A program made the position numbers and the translations under genes. Shown here one piece after another: positions 61,209-64,000 of a stretch of DNA of 64,000 bases. Numbering within the stretch: position 1 is the stretch's first letter; each line of letters opens with the position of its first letter. The notes beneath the pieces were generated by a model. That model worked only from the letters and a program-made list of their open reading frames with translations, did not search any database and had not been told where the DNA came from. The DNA is from Fibrobacterales bacterium (GTDB lineage Bacteria > Fibrobacterota > Fibrobacteria > Fibrobacterales > JAOPTW01), in contig JAOPTW010000014.1 of the NCBI GenBank assembly GCA_051532035.1, positions 96,001 to 160,000 of the forward strand, written 5' to 3'.

Positions 61209-62324
61209 TTACTCTAAAGCTTCGATCGCATCCCAATCTAACGGTTCGGAATCGAGTTCATAATATCGTATCCAATCATACTCTGCTTTGAGTGGATACG
61301 TATTACCATCATTGGGGCCACCAAAGCCTGTACCATAATTTGAAATCCAAAAATTAGCAAGAAGCGAAAGTGGCTCATCCGGAACAAATTCAGTATCGCC
61401 ATCATTTTGAGCAAAAATTTCACGAGTCAATTCATCGTTAGTATAAAATTTAACATATCCAGGCCCCCACTCCATACTATACACGTTAAAATTATGGATC
61501 TCATAATTAGACGGTGATTCCGAGCGATTATTTTGTTCACCATTAGTGCGCCATATATTTGTTTTATAGGATGTATTATACTGCCCTTCAACTTCCACAT
61601 CCATCTCTCTCCAATGAGTTTTTGGAAAATGAAACCAGAAAAGTGAGGTCACCCACCCGCTCCCTGGTGGCCCTTTTATACGGCCTTCGAGGCGCCCATA
61701 TTTATAGGTCATCTTTTTAGTCGCTAACTCACCACATATATAATCTCTATTACCCACCTCTGCATTTTCGGTATTTGAAAAGCCTCCAGGCACAAACTGC
61801 TCTTGTACTGTGAGATACATTGCAGAATCATTGTACTCAATGCCATCAGGCCCAAAACGACATAAGTTACCATCCCATGTACCATCTCCCGACTTCCAAT
61901 AAATAGGATTTGCAGGAACCCCATTAAACTCCTCTGCTATTTTCAAAGTAAAGCCATCATACTTAGGAAAATCATCTGGGTCAAAGGCATACGGATCAAC
62001 TTCAACTGAAGATGAAGGTTCCTCTGAACTTGAAACCGCTTCACTTGAAGAGGGTTCTTCCGAACTAGAACTCATCTCGTTGAGTGAACTCGATGACTCA
62101 ACGTCTTCGGAACTACTGAACTCTTCACTACTCTCAATTTCTTCAGATGACTCAACAGTTTCTGATGACAATGTAAGAGTTTCGGAAGAGAGTGCATCTC
62201 CACTCGAAGGCTGTGTTGATTGTGAACTTGTTGAGTCAATATCACCTGATGCAAGATCTGGTGAACAGCCCGTCCCAATGAATAACGGTATAAGTACCAA
62301 TGCCTGAAATAGATTGTGTTTCAT
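61209..62324 (-). CDS. Glycoside hydrolase family 16 lipoprotein
   Basis: Lipobox GTGC; Ser/Glu linker; YKYGRLEGRIK...GSG.VTSLF, WREMDVE (ExDxE), YSMEW.P.YVKFY, YDWIRY. Confidence 0.9.
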   Translation of the reverse strand: MKHNLFQALVLIPLFIGTGCSPDLASGDIDSTSSQSTQPSSGDALSSETLTLSSETVESSEEIESSEEFSSSEDVESSSSLNEMSSSSEEPSSSEAVSSSEEPSSSVEVDPYAFDPDDFPKYDGFTLKIAEEFNGVPANPIYWKSGDGTWDGNLCRFGPDGIEYNDSAMYLTVQEQFVPGGFSNTENAEVGNRDYICGELATKKMTYKYGRLEGRIKGPPGSGWVTSLFWFHFPKTHWREMDVEVEGQYNTSYKTNIWRTNGEQNNRSESPSNYEIHNFNVYSMEWGPGYVKFYTNDELTREIFAQNDGDTEFVPDEPLSLLANFWISNYGTGFGGPNDGNTYPLKAEYDWIRYYELDSEPLDWDAIEALE

Positions 62325-62640
62325 AAGACCTGTCTTTTATTTGTGTTCTATGTCTCGTGTACTCTGTTTGTATTGTGGCTTTAAAATATATACTCTACAA
62401 TGAGAGTACAAGTGAAATAGAGAAAAATTTTCGCTTAACAGACCACTGAATCGGGTGAAGTCCATGGCTATTGTTTTTAAAATAATTTTAAATTCTCACG
62501 TACTAAATGTGTTCGCAAGTGTAAAAAGGTCTTAATTAAAAGCGGTATCAAAATATGTGAACTTTAGTTTATTTATATTTTATTCACTCTAATTGACACT
62601 TATCAAATAATTAGAGCATCTAACTTAATATAGGAAAAAT

Positions 62641-63312
62641 ATGAGAAACTTAAAAAATCTATGTTTAAAAACTATTGGTCTATCACTTCTTGTTGCAACA
62701 GCAACTATCAATGCCGGTGACTTAATAAAAAATGGAAAATTTATTTATGGCGAATCAAATTGGACAACAATAGAAACCAAAGGTGATATCACCTTTCCTT
62801 CAGGTATGGCTAAGCTAGTGCCTGATTATGGAGGTAAAAATATTAAAATGCAACTTTATCAAGCAGTTAAGGTTGTAGCTGGAACAACATATAGCTATTC
62901 GTTCAAAGTTAAATCTCCAGACAACAACTATCAACTTCCTTTTGTTGTTGAGAAAAATGGAACTCCATGGACAACTCACTTTACCAAAGAATTTCGTCTG
63001 ACGAGCAGCGATTGGATAAAATATAGTGGTACATTTACTGCAAAAACATCTGAAGTAGTAAAAATCGGATTTATGAAATCATACACTGATGCCACGATAT
63101 ATATTGATGATGTATCAGTTAAAAAAATTAAGAAACCACTAGCATTATTTTTACCCAAAAGCACTGGGGCCCCATGTGATGAAAATCAAGCAGGTAGAAT
63201 TAAATATTATGAAGATGGTGGTCGCGGCGGCTATTATGGTCATGTTGTAGTTATCTGCCTTCAGTATGGCGATTATACTTGGAAATGGCGTAAACTTGAA
63301 TTAGAAAATTAA
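62641..63312 (+). CDS. Secreted protein with CBM4/9-like domain
   Basis: Signal peptide; LIKNGKF...W, QLYQ.V.V.AG.TY..SFKVKS, GTPW, W.KYS.TF, IYIDDVSV; short Cys-containing C-tail. Confidence 0.75.
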   Translation: MRNLKNLCLKTIGLSLLVATATINAGDLIKNGKFIYGESNWTTIETKGDITFPSGMAKLVPDYGGKNIKMQLYQAVKVVAGTTYSYSFKVKSPDNNYQLPFVVEKNGTPWTTHFTKEFRLTSSDWIKYSGTFTAKTSEVVKIGFMKSYTDATIYIDDVSVKKIKKPLALFLPKSTGAPCDENQAGRIKYYEDGGRGGYYGHVVVICLQYGDYTWKWRKLELEN

Positions 63313-64000
63313 ATTTTAAAATATTGCCATGTGTGACTCACGTCTTATATGGCAATATACATATACAAACTCGGTAACAAATACTGGGAATCCTATTATT
63401 ACGGCATTTCCAGTATTTCATCAACCCTCATTCCACATATTAAACAATATACTATTCAATTCTCCTGGTAATCCCCCTTATTTTACATTTCTTTTTAACA
63501 CTAACCAGGCTCCTCAAAGTATTCTTTATTCCTAATGTTCAAGTGTACTTTCTTAAACTATACTTCTTTGTCTTTTAATACATTACCCCAAAAGCAAGTA
63601 AGTATTTCAATTTTTTATTTTCGATAATCTGTATAAGAAGCTCTTTATTATTCATATCGCAGTAATTTTTAACAACAAGGGACATAAGACTATTCTGAAA
63701 GCGGAAAGCAGACAAGAACGATTAATTTGGGTGTTGATATTGACTAATAAGTACGATAAAAGACTAGGTTTGAAGTAATGGGCTCCGAAATCCTTTAGCC
63801 ACTCTGTACTGTATCAATTCAAATATTTTTCATTATTTTTAATCAGCCATTGACTTGACGAATAAAACTGATAGCCATGAGTATAGTGAAATAATGTTCA
63901 CCTGTACTATCACAGAGGCTTTTAAAATGTTATTCACTCAATAGAATCTATATTACACCCTATTTTGCTTCGTAAGTAATACCATGACCATATGGATAGT

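Noticed and set aside
63313..64000. AT-rich tail with two hairpins and short minus-strand ORF fragments
   Set aside because: Could be a decayed gene or regulatory DNA for a gene beyond the window, but nothing identifiable supports a call.

Overview
AT-rich bacterial chromosomal window, most likely from a Fibrobacterota member (inferred from a Fibrobacter major-paralogous/FISUMP-type domain, a fibro-slime domain and many Ser/Asp/Glu-rich lipoproteins). Housekeeping genes: sigma70 factor, L,D-transpeptidase, long coiled-coil protein, RelA/SpoT, stand-alone EF-G, DJ-1/PfpI, nfu-sufBCDS, YgiQ, NrtR-like regulator, radical SAM, typA, ruvX/yqgF, DEAD-box helicase, map and a GT9. Between these lie accessory envelope modules: two paralogous CBM-like lipoproteins, a VTC-DUF4956-DUF2490-CotH operon, two tandem orphan histidine kinases, an array of four paralogous Cys-containing lipoproteins flanked by two Cys/Asp-repeat lipoproteins, and a TonB receptor/GH16/CBM group. 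The best candidate for an undescribed system is 48.7-53.6 kb: TPR lipoprotein, membrane Ser/Thr kinase and FHA-like/GAF-like sigma54 activator, followed by a near-consensus -24/-12 promoter and a dyad upstream of a secreted protein with Spy/CpxP-like (xTxxQ) repeats. Other signals: an RNase T2 and a CotH that appear to have lost catalytic residues, candidate Rrf2 and NrtR operators, a decayed paralog remnant, and enrichment of D-(S/T)-hydrophobic sequons in exported proteins. I saw no rRNA, tRNA, CRISPR array or transposase. All calls come from reading motifs by eye; no database searches were run.
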